A stretch of 64,000 nucleotides of DNA from Eledone cirrhosa. Taxonomy: Eukaryota. Below the pieces are notes generated by a model. That model was not told where the DNA came from. It saw only the letters and a program-made list of their open reading frames with translations, and did no database searches. The position numbers and the translations under genes were made by a program. Numbering within the stretch: position 1 is the first letter of the stretch; every line of letters begins with the position of its first letter. This document shows positions 51,501 to 64,000 of the stretch, piece by piece. The DNA is taken from NCBI GenBank assembly GCA_964016885.1, contig OZ024746.1, positions 101,122,001 to 101,186,000 on the forward strand, written 5' to 3'.

Positions 51501-52277
51501 TGAAAATAATGTCCTTACATTATCAACGTACTAATTACAAAAAATGAACAGGTTAAGAAATTCTACAAATTCTCAACAAACAATGTAGGTCTGTTAAGGT
51601 CAAAGCTTATCTCTGGCTGAATATTATACAAATATTCTTATCAACTCTTACTAGGAAATAATACCTAGACATTGGAAACTATGCTGTTGTTTAGCATCTG
51701 GTCAGGCCTAATGAAGCAGAGCTATAATTAAAAGTAATCCACCAGTCGTAGAACAGAGCACTGAGGACCATATTATTTCATATGACCTTTGTTTTTAATC
51801 TTAGATGGTAGGATGTGATTAGAGGTAGATTTTGCTACTATTTCTAGCAAGTTGTGCAACCATTTAGAGCCTCCCTCATCGGTGTGACTCAATTGTTGGC
51901 TATTTTTTAATTAAAGTTGAATTATGTGGGAAAACTGAGGATTGTCTGTGAAGAAGTACAAAATGTCAGCAATGAGTTCTTAATTAGTCAAATGGGGTCT
52001 AGTCGGATTTAGGACAAATGAGGCCCTGTGTTAGTTAAGTTATGAGGCCCCACACTTGAGCCTTGAAGGAAGTGAAAAAAGTTTTTGGCTGGAAGATCCC
52101 CCCTGGCCAATGGAGCCCTGTGCTAGTTAACCCCCTCCGGTAAATGGTAAATCCAGCACTGGTCTTATTTTTAGGATAGGTGTTAAAGCTAGTTAAGACA
52201 CTAGTAATATTACAGCTAGTTAAGACACTAGTAATATTAAAGTTAGTTAAGACACTAGTAATATTACAACTAGTTAA

Positions 52278-55200
52278 AAATAATAATGATAATAATGAAA
52301 TTATTGTGTACAGTGCTCAGGTGCACTACAACTCATCAAAGGTGCATATATAATACATAGAAAAATGTTCAAATGTCAGGAAAATGAGTGTATGAGTCAT
52401 GATATACATGTATGTATGTATGGAGGGGGAATATTAGATGTAGTGTTGGCGAATCTCAGGAAACATGGAGGTTTTAAAGGATGCAGTGTCTTGGCAGCTA
52501 ACAACTGATACAGGTAGTTTTTGTTCCACGCTTCAGCAACTCTGAGCGTGAAAAAATGTTTCCAAAAGTCATGGGAGCTGTGCTGTTTTCTGACTTTGTT
52601 GGCATGCTCACGTGTGTTAGACACATGGAACTAAAAAATGTGCTCAGGGTTGTTGTTGGCAAGATAGTTAATAATTTTGTGGGTGTTTACCAAGTTAGTT
52701 GCCATATGTCAGAGCTTCAATGTATCCATGCCCAGGGAAGCAAGGCATTCAGAATATGGTAGATGCCTGATGGAGGGTATTTGCTTGGTTGCACGTCTCT
52801 GAACAGTTTCCAGGAGGTCAATGTTCTGAGCAAGATGGGGTTCCAGACTGGTGATGCAAATTCTAAGTGTGGTCGCACCATAGCTATGTACAGCTTTAAA
52901 TAGATAGCTGGAGAGCGGCTGACAAAGGTCTTGCTGAGTGATGCTAAGACACCCTCAGCCTTCTTGACAATTTTAGAGATGTGCTTTGTCCAACGCAAAT
53001 CGCTGCTGACCATAATGCCCAGGTCACGTTCACAAGAAGACTTCTTGATATTAGTGTTGTGGAGGGAGTATGTGGATGCTAAGCTTTTCCTCCTAAAATG
53101 CATGGTGGTACACTTGTCCACAACCAGCTTGAGTTGCCAGTCTGTGATTCCTTGCTGCATTGTATCCAGGTCTGATTGCAGGAAAGATCTATAGTGTTCA
53201 AGATCTATCCTTTTTATCTCAAGGGACAGCTTGATGTCATCTGCATATTTCAGTACTGTGGCATTCTTTAAGTTGGCATCTATGTCATTAATATATGCCA
53301 CAAACAAAAGGGGGCCAAGAACAGATCCCTGTTGCATTCCAGATGTCATCTCATAGAGTGAGGAATGCTGTCCCAGAACCGTGACTACCTCTCTTTGACT
53401 GAGAATTAAGGACTTCAACCAGTTAAAAAGATCATCCTTCACACCCATTGCAGAGAGTTTTGCCATAAGTCTTTTGTATGGCACAGAATTGAAAGCTTTA
53501 GCAAAGTCAAGGTAAACAACATCCACCCATGAGCTGCTGTCAGTGATCCGGGTGATGTCTTCAAGAAACTCGATAAATTGATCACAACAGTTGGAGTTAG
53601 GGATAAATCCAAATTGTGAGGGCCAGATAAGACAGTGAGAGTTCCAGAAGTTTCAAAGTGTTTCTCTGACACAGGATTCCATCAGTTTGGCAATGCAGCT
53701 AGTAAGACTGACTGGACGATATTTGACAGATCACGTGCGGTCACCCTTTTTGAACAGAGGAATGACACTGGCAGTTTTCCACTGCCCCAGAGTAGCACCG
53801 TTGTTAAGACAGAATTGAAAGAAGAGTGATAGCTGGTGCAGAAGAAAGTACCCACTACGTTTGAGAAGCAGGTACGTAACACCATCAAGACCAGGAGAGG
53901 CATGGTTGTGTTTATTCTTAAGGTGACATCACAGCATTGCAGGTGTAAATTTTATATTTGTTATAGAATTTGATGTCAGAGGTGGTGGAAATGGTACATT
54001 TTGGTCTTCAACAGTAAAGATGCCTGCATAGCATTCAGCAATGAGTTCTGCGCATTCATTGGGGTCATCAGTAGTAATCTGGCTTGTGTGGGGATTGCGA
54101 AGAGGACCAACTGGAGAGTTAGGCCTCTGCTTTGAGTATACGTATTTCCAGAACACCTTACTGTCAGGGTTGGTTGCTATGCGCTGTTCAAATTCAAGCA
54201 CTGCCTATTTGTCACCTGCTTGAGATGGTTGGATGATTTATTTCGCTTTATTCTATTGATATCTGATTTATGCAATTTGTACTCACGTTCAATATTACGA
54301 CATTCTGTCCTGGCAAGTTGGACTGCTACAGGCTCCCAAATTGCACTTTTGGGATGTTTTTTGTTCTTACGGGGTACTGATGCTGCACATGCTGTCCATA
54401 TTGAGTTCAGGATGTCCTGAAGTATAATGTTGTCATCTCCAGAGTCGTAAAATTCAAGCCAGTTTGGGCATTGTAGCTTGGTGCAGAAAGGGTTCCAGTC
54501 TGCATTTTTCCTGTTAAAGCAAGCAGTTTGGAGATGGTTGTGGTTTTTCTTACTGCCTATAAGAGACAGATTGGCAATGATCATAGCATGATCAGAGTCA
54601 CCTAAAGGTTCCTCAGTAGTAACACTAATAACCATTTCAGGAGTAGTGGTGAAGAGTAGATCCAAAGTGTTGTCATCTCTTGTTGGGGAGGTGACTAATA
54701 GAGACCAGTTCAAGTCCAGCACTAGCTCAAGGAAATCATTTGTACTTTGTGGCCAACGAAAGGTTTCCCAGTCAATCTCAGGGTGGTTAAAGTCCCCTGC
54801 AATAAAAACATAAGTGGCTGTTTTCCTGGCACCAGCTCTGAGGATATCACAAAGTTGAGTGCCCTGATGGTAATTTTTTTTTTGGGGGGGGGGGGGGCGG
54901 TAAACAACTCCAAGTAGAAGTGTTGACATATATCGCAAAAATACTTCTTACTGCAATTGGTTCAAATCGTCGCAAGGATTTGCTGAAAAATTTGAATGAA
55001 CGTATACCATTACACCACAACTATGATGATTAATGCAGTCTTTGCAAAATAAGTTGTAGCCAGCTATGCTGAAAACCCCATCACAGAGTAAGGAATGTGC
55101 CCATGTTTCCGTGACTGTAATGAAGACAGAGTCGATACTTTTCACGTAGGAATCAAAAAGATGCATCTTGTTGCATAGACTACGTGCATTTAAGGACAAC

Positions 55201-55340
55201 AATTTGTACCTTCAGTTTAGTCTATGATGATGTGCAGGGGATGACAGGTTGTTCTGATTTAGTTTCCCAGAATTTTTCCAGTTTTTTTTTTATTGCCAGT
55301 TGTTGTGGGTACAGTGTTTTCAGACCAGCTGGTATCTCTT
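52278..55340 (-). mobile_element. CR1-clade LINE ORF2 (APE plus RT), frameshifted
   Basis: LNARSLCNK, VTETW, GDFNHPEIDW, SDH; DVVYLDFAKAF, QGSVLGPLLF, YADD, VRPHLEFASPVWNP, FFTLRV..AWN. A (TTA/TCA)n tail lies at 52280-52297. Confidence 0.9.
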
Positions 55341-58300
55341 TTAAGACACTAGTAATATTACAGCTAGTTAAGACACTAGTAATATTACAGCTAGTTAAGA
55401 CACTAGTAATATTACAGCTAGTTAAGACACTAGTAATATTACAGCTAGTTAAGACACTAGTAATATTACAGCTAGTTAAGACACTAGTAATATTACAACT
55501 AGTTAAGACACTAGTAATATTACAACTAGTTAAGACACTAGTAATATTACAGCTAGTTAAGACACTAGTAATATTACAACTAGTTAAGACACTAGTAATA
55601 TTACAGCTAGTTAAGACACTAGTAATATTACAGCTAGTTAAGACACTAGTAATATTACAACTAGTTAAGACAGTAGTAATATTACAGCTAGTTAAGACAC
55701 TAGTAATATTACAACTAGTTAAGACACTAGTAATATTACAACTAGTTAAGACACTAGTAATATTACAGCTAGTTAAGACACTAGTAATATTACAGCTAGT
55801 TAAGACACTAGTAATATTACAGCTAGTTAAGACACTAGTAATATTACAGCTAGTTAAGACACTAGTAATATTACAGCTAGTTAAGACACTAGTAATATTA
55901 CAGCTAGTTAAGACACTAGTAATATTACAGCTAGTTAAGACACTAGTAATATTACAGCTAGTTAAGACACTAGTAATATTACAGCTAGTTAAGACACTAG
56001 TAATATTACAGCTAGTTAAGACACTAGTAATATTACAACTAGTTAAGACACTAGTAATATTACAGCTAGTTAAGACACTAGTAATATTACAGCTAGTTAA
56101 GACACTAGTAATATTACAGCTAGTTAAGACACTAGTAATATTACAGCTAGTTAAGACACTAGTAATATTACAGCTAGTTAAGACACTAGTAATATTACAA
56201 CTAGTTAAGACACTAGTAATATTACAGCTAGTTAAGACACTAGTAATATTACAGCTAGTTAAGACACTAGTAATATTACAGCTAGTTAAGACACTAGTAA
56301 TATTACAGCTAGTTAAGACACTAGTAATATTACAGCTAGTTAAGACACTAGTAATATTACAGCTAGTTAAGACACTAGTAATATTACAGCTAGTTAAGAC
56401 ACTAGTAATATTACAGCTAGTTAAGACACTAGTAATATTACAGCTAGTTAAGACACTAGTAATATTACAGCTAATTAAGACAGTAGTAATATTACAACTA
56501 GTTAAGACACCAGTAATATTACAGCTAGTTAAGACACTAGTAATATTACAACTAGTTAAGACACCAGTAATATTACAGCTAGTTAAGACACTAGTAATAT
56601 TACAACTAGTTAAGACACCAGTAATATTACAGCTAGTTAAGACACTAGTAATATTACAGCTAGTTAAGACACTAGTAATATTACAGCTAGTTAAGACACT
56701 AGTAATATTACAGCTAGTTAAGACACTAGTAATATTACAGCTAGTTAAGACACTAGTAATATTACAGCTAATTAAGACAGTAGTAATATTACAACTAGTT
56801 AAGACACTAGTAATATTACAGCTAGTTAAGACACTAGTAATATTACAGCTAGTTAAGACACTAGTAATATTACAGCTAGTTAAGACACTAGTAATATTAC
56901 AACTAGTTAAGACACTAGTAATATTACAGCTAGTTAAGACACTAGTAATATTACAACTAGTTAAGACACCAGTAATATTACAGCTAGTTAAGACACTAGT
57001 AATATTACAACTAGTTAAGACACTAGTAATATTACAGCTAGTTAAGACACTAGTAATATTACAGCTAGTTAAGACACTAGTAATATTACAGCTAGTTAAG
57101 ACTAGTAATATTACAACTAGTTAAGACACTAGTAATATTACAGCTAATTAAGACAGTAGTAATATTACAACTAGTTAAGACACTAGTAATATTACAGCTA
57201 GTTAAGACACTAGTAATATTACAGCTAATTAAGACAGTAGTAATATTACAACTAGTTAAGACACTAGTAATATTACAGCTAGTTAAGACACTAGTAATAT
57301 TACAGCTAATTAAGACAGTAGTAATATTACAACTAGTTAAGACACTAGTAATATTACAGCTAGTTAAGACACTAGTAATATTACAGCTAATTAAGACACT
57401 AGTAATATTACAACTAGTTAAGACACTAGTAATATTACAGCTAATTAAGACAGTAGTAATATTACAACTAGTTAAGACACTAGTAATATTACAGCTAGTT
57501 AAGACACTAGTAATATTACAGCTAATTAAGACACTAGTAATATTACAACTAGTTAAGACACTAGTAATATTACAGCTAGTTAAGACACTAGTAATATTAC
57601 AGCTAATTAAGACACTAGTAATATTACAACTAGTTAAGACACTAGTAATATTACAGCTAGTTAAGACACTAGTAATATTACAGCTAGTTAAGACACTAGT
57701 AATATTACAGCTAGTTAAGACACTAGTAATATTACAGCTAATTAAGACAGTAGTAATATTACAGCTAGTTAAGACACTAGTAATATTACAGCTAGTTAAG
57801 ACACTAGTAATATTACAACTAGTTAAGACACTAGTAATATGACAGCTAGTTAAGACACTAGTAATATGACAGCTAGTTAAGACACTAGTAATATTACAGC
57901 TAATTAAGACAGTAGTAATATTACAACTAGTTAAGACACTAGTAATATTACAGCTAGTTAAGACACTAGTAATATTACAGCTAGTTAAGACACTAGTAAT
58001 ATTACAGCTAGTTAAGACACTAGTAATATTACAGCTAGTTAAGACACTAGTAATATGACAGCTAGTTAAGACACTAGTAATATTACAGCTAGTTAAGACA
58101 CTAGTAATATTACAGCTAGTTAAGACACTAGTAATATTACAACTAGTTAAGACACTAGTAATATTACAGCTAGTTAAGACACTAGTAATATGACAGCTAG
58201 TTAAGACACTAGTAATATTACAGCTAGTTAAGACACTAGTAATATTACAGCTAGTTAAGACACTAGTAATATTACAACTAGTTAAGACACTAGTAATATT

Positions 58301-60827
58301 ACAGCTAGTTAAGACACTAGTAATATTACAGCTAATTAAGACAGTAGTAATATTACAACTAGTTAAGACACTAGTAATATTACAGCTAGTTAAGACACTA
58401 GTAATATTACAGCTAGTTAAGACACTAGTAATATTACAGCTAGTTAAGACAGTAGTAATATTACAACTAGTTAAGACACTAGTAATATTACAGCTAGTTA
58501 AGACACTAGTAATATTACAGCTAGTTAAGACACTAGTAATATTACAGCTAGTTAAGACACTAGTAATATTACAACTAGTTAAGACACTAGTAATATTACA
58601 GCTAGTTAAGACACTAGTAATATTACAGCTAGTTAAGACACTAGTAATATTACAGCTAATTAAGACAGTAGTAATATTACAGCTAGTTAAGACACTAGTA
58701 ATATTACAGCTAGTTAAGACACTAGTAATATTACAACTAGTTAAGACACTAGTAATATGACAGCTAGTTAAGACACTAGTAATATGACAGCTAGTTAAGA
58801 CACTAGTAATATTACAGCTAGTTAAGACACTAGTAATATTACAACTAGTTAAGACACCAGTAATATTACAACTAGTTAAGACACTAGTAATATTACAGCT
58901 AGTTAAGACACCAGTAATATTACAGCTAGTTAAAACACTAGTAATATTACAGCTAGTTAAGACACTAGTAATTTTACAACTAGTTAAGACAGTAGTAATA
59001 TGACAGCTAGTTAAGACACTAGTAATATTACAGCTAGTTAAGACACTAGTAATATTACAACTAGTTAAGACACTAGTAATATTACAGCTAGTTAAGACAC
59101 TAGTAATATTACAACTAGTTAAGACACTAGTAATATTACAGCTAGTTAAGACACTAGTAATATGACAGCTAGTTAAGACACTAGTAATATTACAACTAGT
59201 TAAGACACTAGTAATATTACAGCTAGTTAAGACACTAGTAATATTACAGCTAGTTAAGACACTAGTAATATTACAGCTAATTAAGACAGTAGTAATATTA
59301 CAACTAGTTAAGACACTAGTAATATTACAGCTAGTTAAGACACTAGTAATATTACAACTAGTTAAGACACTAGTAATATTACAGCTAGTTAAGACACTAG
59401 TAATATTACAACTAGTTAAGACACTAGTAATATTACAGCTAGTTAAGACACTAGTAATATTACAGCTAATTAAGACAGTAGTAATATTACAACTAGTTAA
59501 GACACTAGTAATATTACAGCTAGTTAAGACACTAGTAATATTACAACTAGTTAAGACACTAGTAATATTACAGCTAGTTAAGACACTAGTAATATTACAA
59601 CTAGTTAAGACACTAGTAATATTACAGCTAGTTAAGACACTAGTAATATTACAGCTAATTAAGACAGTAGTAATATTACAACTAGTTAAGACACTAGTAA
59701 TATTACAACTAGTTAAGACACTAGTAATATTACAGCTAGTTAAGACACCAGTAATATTACAGCTAGTTAAAACACTAGTAATATTACAGCTAGTTAAGAC
59801 ACTAGTAATATTACAGCTAGTTAAGACACTAGTAATATTACAGCTAGTTAAGACACCAGTAATATTACAGCTAGTTAATACACTAGTAATATTACAGCTA
59901 GTTAAGACACCAGTAATATTACAGCTAGTTAATACACTAGTAATATTACAGCTAGTTAAGACACTAGTAATTTTACAATTAGTTAAGACTAGTAATATTA
60001 CAACTAGTTAAGACACTAGTAATATTACAACTAGTTAAGACACTAGTAATATTACAGCTAGTTAAGACACCAGTAATATTACAGCTAGTTAATACACTAG
60101 TAATATTACAGCTAGTTAAGACACCAGTAATATTACAGCTAGTTAATACACTAGTAATATTACAGCTAGTTAAGACACTAGTAATATTACAGCTAGTTAA
60201 AACACTAGTAATATTACAGCTAGTTAAGACACTAGTAATTTTACAATTAGTTAAGACTAGTAATATTACAACTAGTTAAGACACTAGTAATATTACAACT
60301 AGTTAAGACACTAGTAATATTACAGCTAGTTAAGACACTAGTAATATTACAGCTAGTTAATACACTAGTAATTTTACAATTAGTTAAGACACTAGTAATA
60401 TTACAACTAGTTAAGACACTAGTAATATTACAACTAGTTAAGACACTAGTAATATTACAACTAGTTAAGACACTAGTAATTTTACAATTAGTTAAGACAC
60501 TAGTAATATTACAACTAGTTAAGACACTAGTAATATTACAACTAGTTAAGACACTAGTAATATTACAACTAGTTAAGACACTAGTAATATTACAACTAGT
60601 TAAGACACTAGTAATATTACAACTAGTTAAGACACTAGTAATTTTACAATTAGTTAAGACACTAGTAATATTACAGCTAGTTAAGACACTAGTAATATTA
60701 CAGCTAGTTAAGACACTAGTAATATTACAACTAGTTAAGACACTAGTAATATTACAACTAGTTAAGACACTAGTTATATTACAATTAGTTAAGACACTAG
60801 TAATATTACAACTTGTTAAGACACTAG
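55341..60827. repeat. 27-bp satellite, ~200 copies (5.5 kb)
   Basis: Unit ttaagacactagtaatattacagctag. About 3 more copies lie at 52187-52277. Confidence 0.98.
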
Positions 60828-61400
60828 GGCTCTGTCCTTAGCCCTCTCCTGTTTATTATTGTCCTATAACAGAAGAGTCTAAGACTGGCTGCCCCTGGGA
60901 ACTTCTGTATGCAGATGATCTAACCCTCACAGCTGAAACTATGGCAGATTTCGAGAAGAAATGCCAAACATGGTAGCATGGCTTAGAATCAAAAGGTCTT
61001 AAAGTTAACTTGTCTAAAACTAAAGTTCTAGTATGTAGAAAGGAAAATAGGGTCCAGATCCCCTCTGGGAAATGGCCTTGCTCAGTGTGCAGGAAAGGAA
61101 TAGGTAGAAATTCCATTCTATGTCCCAAGTGCAAGCTGTGGGTAAATAAAAGATGCAAGTGGGATCACAGACAGGCTATCAAGGAACACAGGGTTTATAT
61201 GTGGCCGATGCTCAGCTGCAGTAAGTAGCAAGTTCCTACAGGATATTAGCTCCTTCAACTGCCCTGATGGTACTGTAGAAATAGTCGACTCTTTCCGTTA
61301 CTCTGGTGATGTAATCAGCAGTGGAGGAGGGTGTTCCAAAAGTACAGTAGCCAGAGTAAGAACGGGATAGAAGAAGTGTAGGGAGCTAATACCGCTACTG
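60828..61400 (+). mobile_element. RTE RT fragment
   Basis: GSVLSPLLF...LLYADD...KWPCSVCRKG; related to the 35 kb element. Confidence 0.85.
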
Positions 61401-62879
61401 TGGCATCAATCCTGGGTCACTCCATGCTTTGTGACTGGAGTAAATGAAACAGTTTGGCAGCATGTTGGCTGGAATATTCATGTAATTTTGAGAGGCAACC
61501 ATGTCACACACTGTGTCATGTTAAATATTATTGAGAATTATATTAAGGGTACATGTGTCTGTGGAATGCTCAGCCACTTACACATGGACTGGCTTTTCTA
61601 TTGATCAAACAACTGGAACACTCATTGTCAAAACCAACAGAGGTCCATTTCATTTAGATGAGATCATTATACATTGAGAGTTTGGCTGGAACAGCAGTGA
61701 TGTGCTGCAGAACAAGAAGTGTTAATCTTTCAAGTGGTAAGTTAGTAGTTTATCAAGTCAGACAGCTGTTTACTCTCATTAACATGTCTTTTCCTGACAC
61801 TTAGTGAAAAGTAATGAACAGCACAGTTTCTTAATCTAGGTTGGGTTTTCAACAGGTTGAAAATTTGTAACTTGGTAAGTATCAGTCCTAAATTCATCTC
61901 TATACTAGCTCAACCAACCAAAATGCTATCTTCTATACACATCACAGGTCCATAAGAACATAGTCTTCTCTCTTGCACACTACATCCAATTCCTCTTATA
62001 CTCAGTTTATCTCTCAGTTGAATAATGCTACATCATTCATATACACTAATATCTATTGGAATACACTCAATATATCACCTTGATTACTTTGAGTGGCCAG
62101 ACTGTCAGATGTCGCTTGAATCCACTGGTCACAGCATTCCTTCCATTCCATTCTTGATTTCTCTTTCCACCTTCTTGATTTCATCATCTCCAACCACAAC
62201 TTCAGTATGATGGATCACATATTCACTCTGACGCCACTGTTGGAGTAACCAAAAAAGTACTGGTTGCCTCTGCATGTCGTGTTATGCCTACCTTGGAGTC
62301 CAGGACAACCACAGAACCCTAAAGACCAAAACTGGATATGGATGGATGGTCGTTGACTACGATAAGGCCTTTGACAATGTTAAGAATAATGCTGTACTAC
62401 AGTCCCTTGAGAAGCAAGGGGCTGTGCATAGTACATGAACCTCCTTAGGCTGGTGGATGCAGGATGCACTTGGAGGTGGCCCTGTTATCATCACCCATGT
62501 GTGTGTATGTCACAGTTGAGAAGGGCATCAAACAATGAGATAGTATCTCTCTGAAGCTCTTCATGTCATGTCTTAAAATGGTCATCAGAGACTAGGATGC
62601 CAGGCTCACCAACCACCAGTTCACACATGAAATTACACTCATTGCAGAAAGTGCCGAGCATCTATGATTCAAAGGCATTCCAGCTATGACCATCCTGATT
62701 TTTGTGATATCTAGGAATATATTGAATAACATATCTATTTTTTAAAGATGGGAGGGTATTATCTGAAGGAGACTTGCTTGGTTGTTATTTCTAGCATGTC
62801 AAAATGATCATTATAGAATCTCCTATGTTGGCACAGTGACTTCTGAGTAGAATGTTATGCCATGTATATTTATATATCA

Positions 62880-63222
62880 ATGTCAATGTGTGTGAACAAC
62901 CAAGTATAGATGAGTTGAGAGTGAAACTGTGTATAAGAGGGATAAAGTTGTAGTGTGAGGGAGAGAAGACTGCGATGGTATGGACATGTGATGTGCATGG
63001 AGGATGACCGGTGGGTAAAGAAGTGTCAAGAAATCCCAGTGGAAGGAAGATACAGTAGAGGAAGACCACGAAAATCAGGGGCGGAGGTGGTGAGAGCAGA
63101 CCTCAGATCGTTGAGGCTGACAGAGATGACAAATGACCATGACAAGTGGAGAGATGCTGTGTTGAATAGGACCTGTCCTACCCTTGCAAGCAGGGAAAAG
63201 TGGATGTATGATGATGATGATA
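62880..63222 (+). mobile_element. RTE 3' end fragment
   Basis: RERRLRWYGHVM...RGRPRK followed by a (GAT)n tail. Confidence 0.8.
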
Positions 63223-63505
63223 TCTATCTCTAACACATTTTCTATTAAGATATGTTGCTAGAATAAAAAGTTCACTTTCCAATTACAAATTCCTGGCTTT
63301 TAACTCTATATTTGGCCCTGTAGATAGTTACTTCTCCAAAGGTACTCATATTCTGTGATTTCTACATATATGCTGACCTAACACTACAGGAAGTGAGGCC
63401 TTTTCTACATTTTAGTATGGGTTCATCTTTGTACTGTCTGACTTTTTATTACGTTTCTTTAAAAAAAAAAAAAAAAATAAAGAACAGAAAAAAAATAGAG
63501 GAGTG

Positions 63506-63626
63506 TTATAGGATTCCCAGAAAACAAGAATAAGTGCTTGATCTAGTATCAACCTCCTTGACCTTATTGATGTCTCTGTCTCTTATTGATGGTACTCCTG
63601 TAGAGGATATGAATACATCTGTGTAT
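63506..63626 (-). CDS. Possible terminal coding exon of a gene lying beyond the window
   Basis: Acceptor-like ttattcag after a (TG/TA)n tract, then open frame YTDVFISSTGVPSIRDRDINKVKEVDTRSSTYSCFLGIL* in non-repetitive sequence. No family recognised. Confidence 0.35.
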
Positions 63627-64000
63627 CTGAATAACACACACACACACATACATACACACATATACACATATATACACACACACATACACACACACACATA
63701 CATACACACATACACACACATACATACACACATAAACATGCATATACATACGCACACACACAAAAAACATTCTCTGATATACACTTAAAACACAAATATT
63801 CACAAATATACATACATACAAATACACACTAACACATACATACACACATACAAATACACACTAACACATATATACACACATACAAATACACACTAACACA
63901 TACATACACACATACAAATACACACTAACACATACATACATACAAATACACACTAACACATATATACACACATGCAAATACACACTTACACATATATACA

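Noticed and set aside
55184-57124. 646-aa ORF of KTLVILQLV repeats
   Set aside because: It is read-through of a 27-bp satellite that lacks a stop in one frame. It starts antisense inside a LINE and ends at a 2-bp deletion.

Overview
AT-rich, repeat-dense eukaryotic DNA. The SINE/LINE and microsatellite content suggests a cephalopod such as Octopus (inference). I reconstructed two spliced minus-strand genes with phase-consistent GT-AG introns. VPS72/YL1 has 6 coding exons (10522 down to 483, 382 aa). A RING-Bbox-Bbox-coiled-coil-NHL (TRIM-like) gene has 2 exons (47505-47244 and 27781-25926, 705 aa) and a ~19.5 kb intron. A possible last exon of a third gene lies at ~63.5 kb. The rest is RTE and CR1 LINEs, a decayed Gypsy element, a Helitron 3' fragment, hAT- and piggyBac-like MITEs, SINEs and many minisatellites, several of which arose inside transposon sequence. 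The most notable unannotated signal is a set of minimal type-I hammerhead ribozyme motifs (CUGANGA...GAAA...UH), densest at 41.2-46.5 kb inside the TRIM intron. They sit in short Penelope-like units of several families, often between (TA)n tracts. Several have inverted duplications that break in or next to the ribozyme, and many carry a downstream GAGTRC motif. All structures were read by eye and ribozyme activity is untested.
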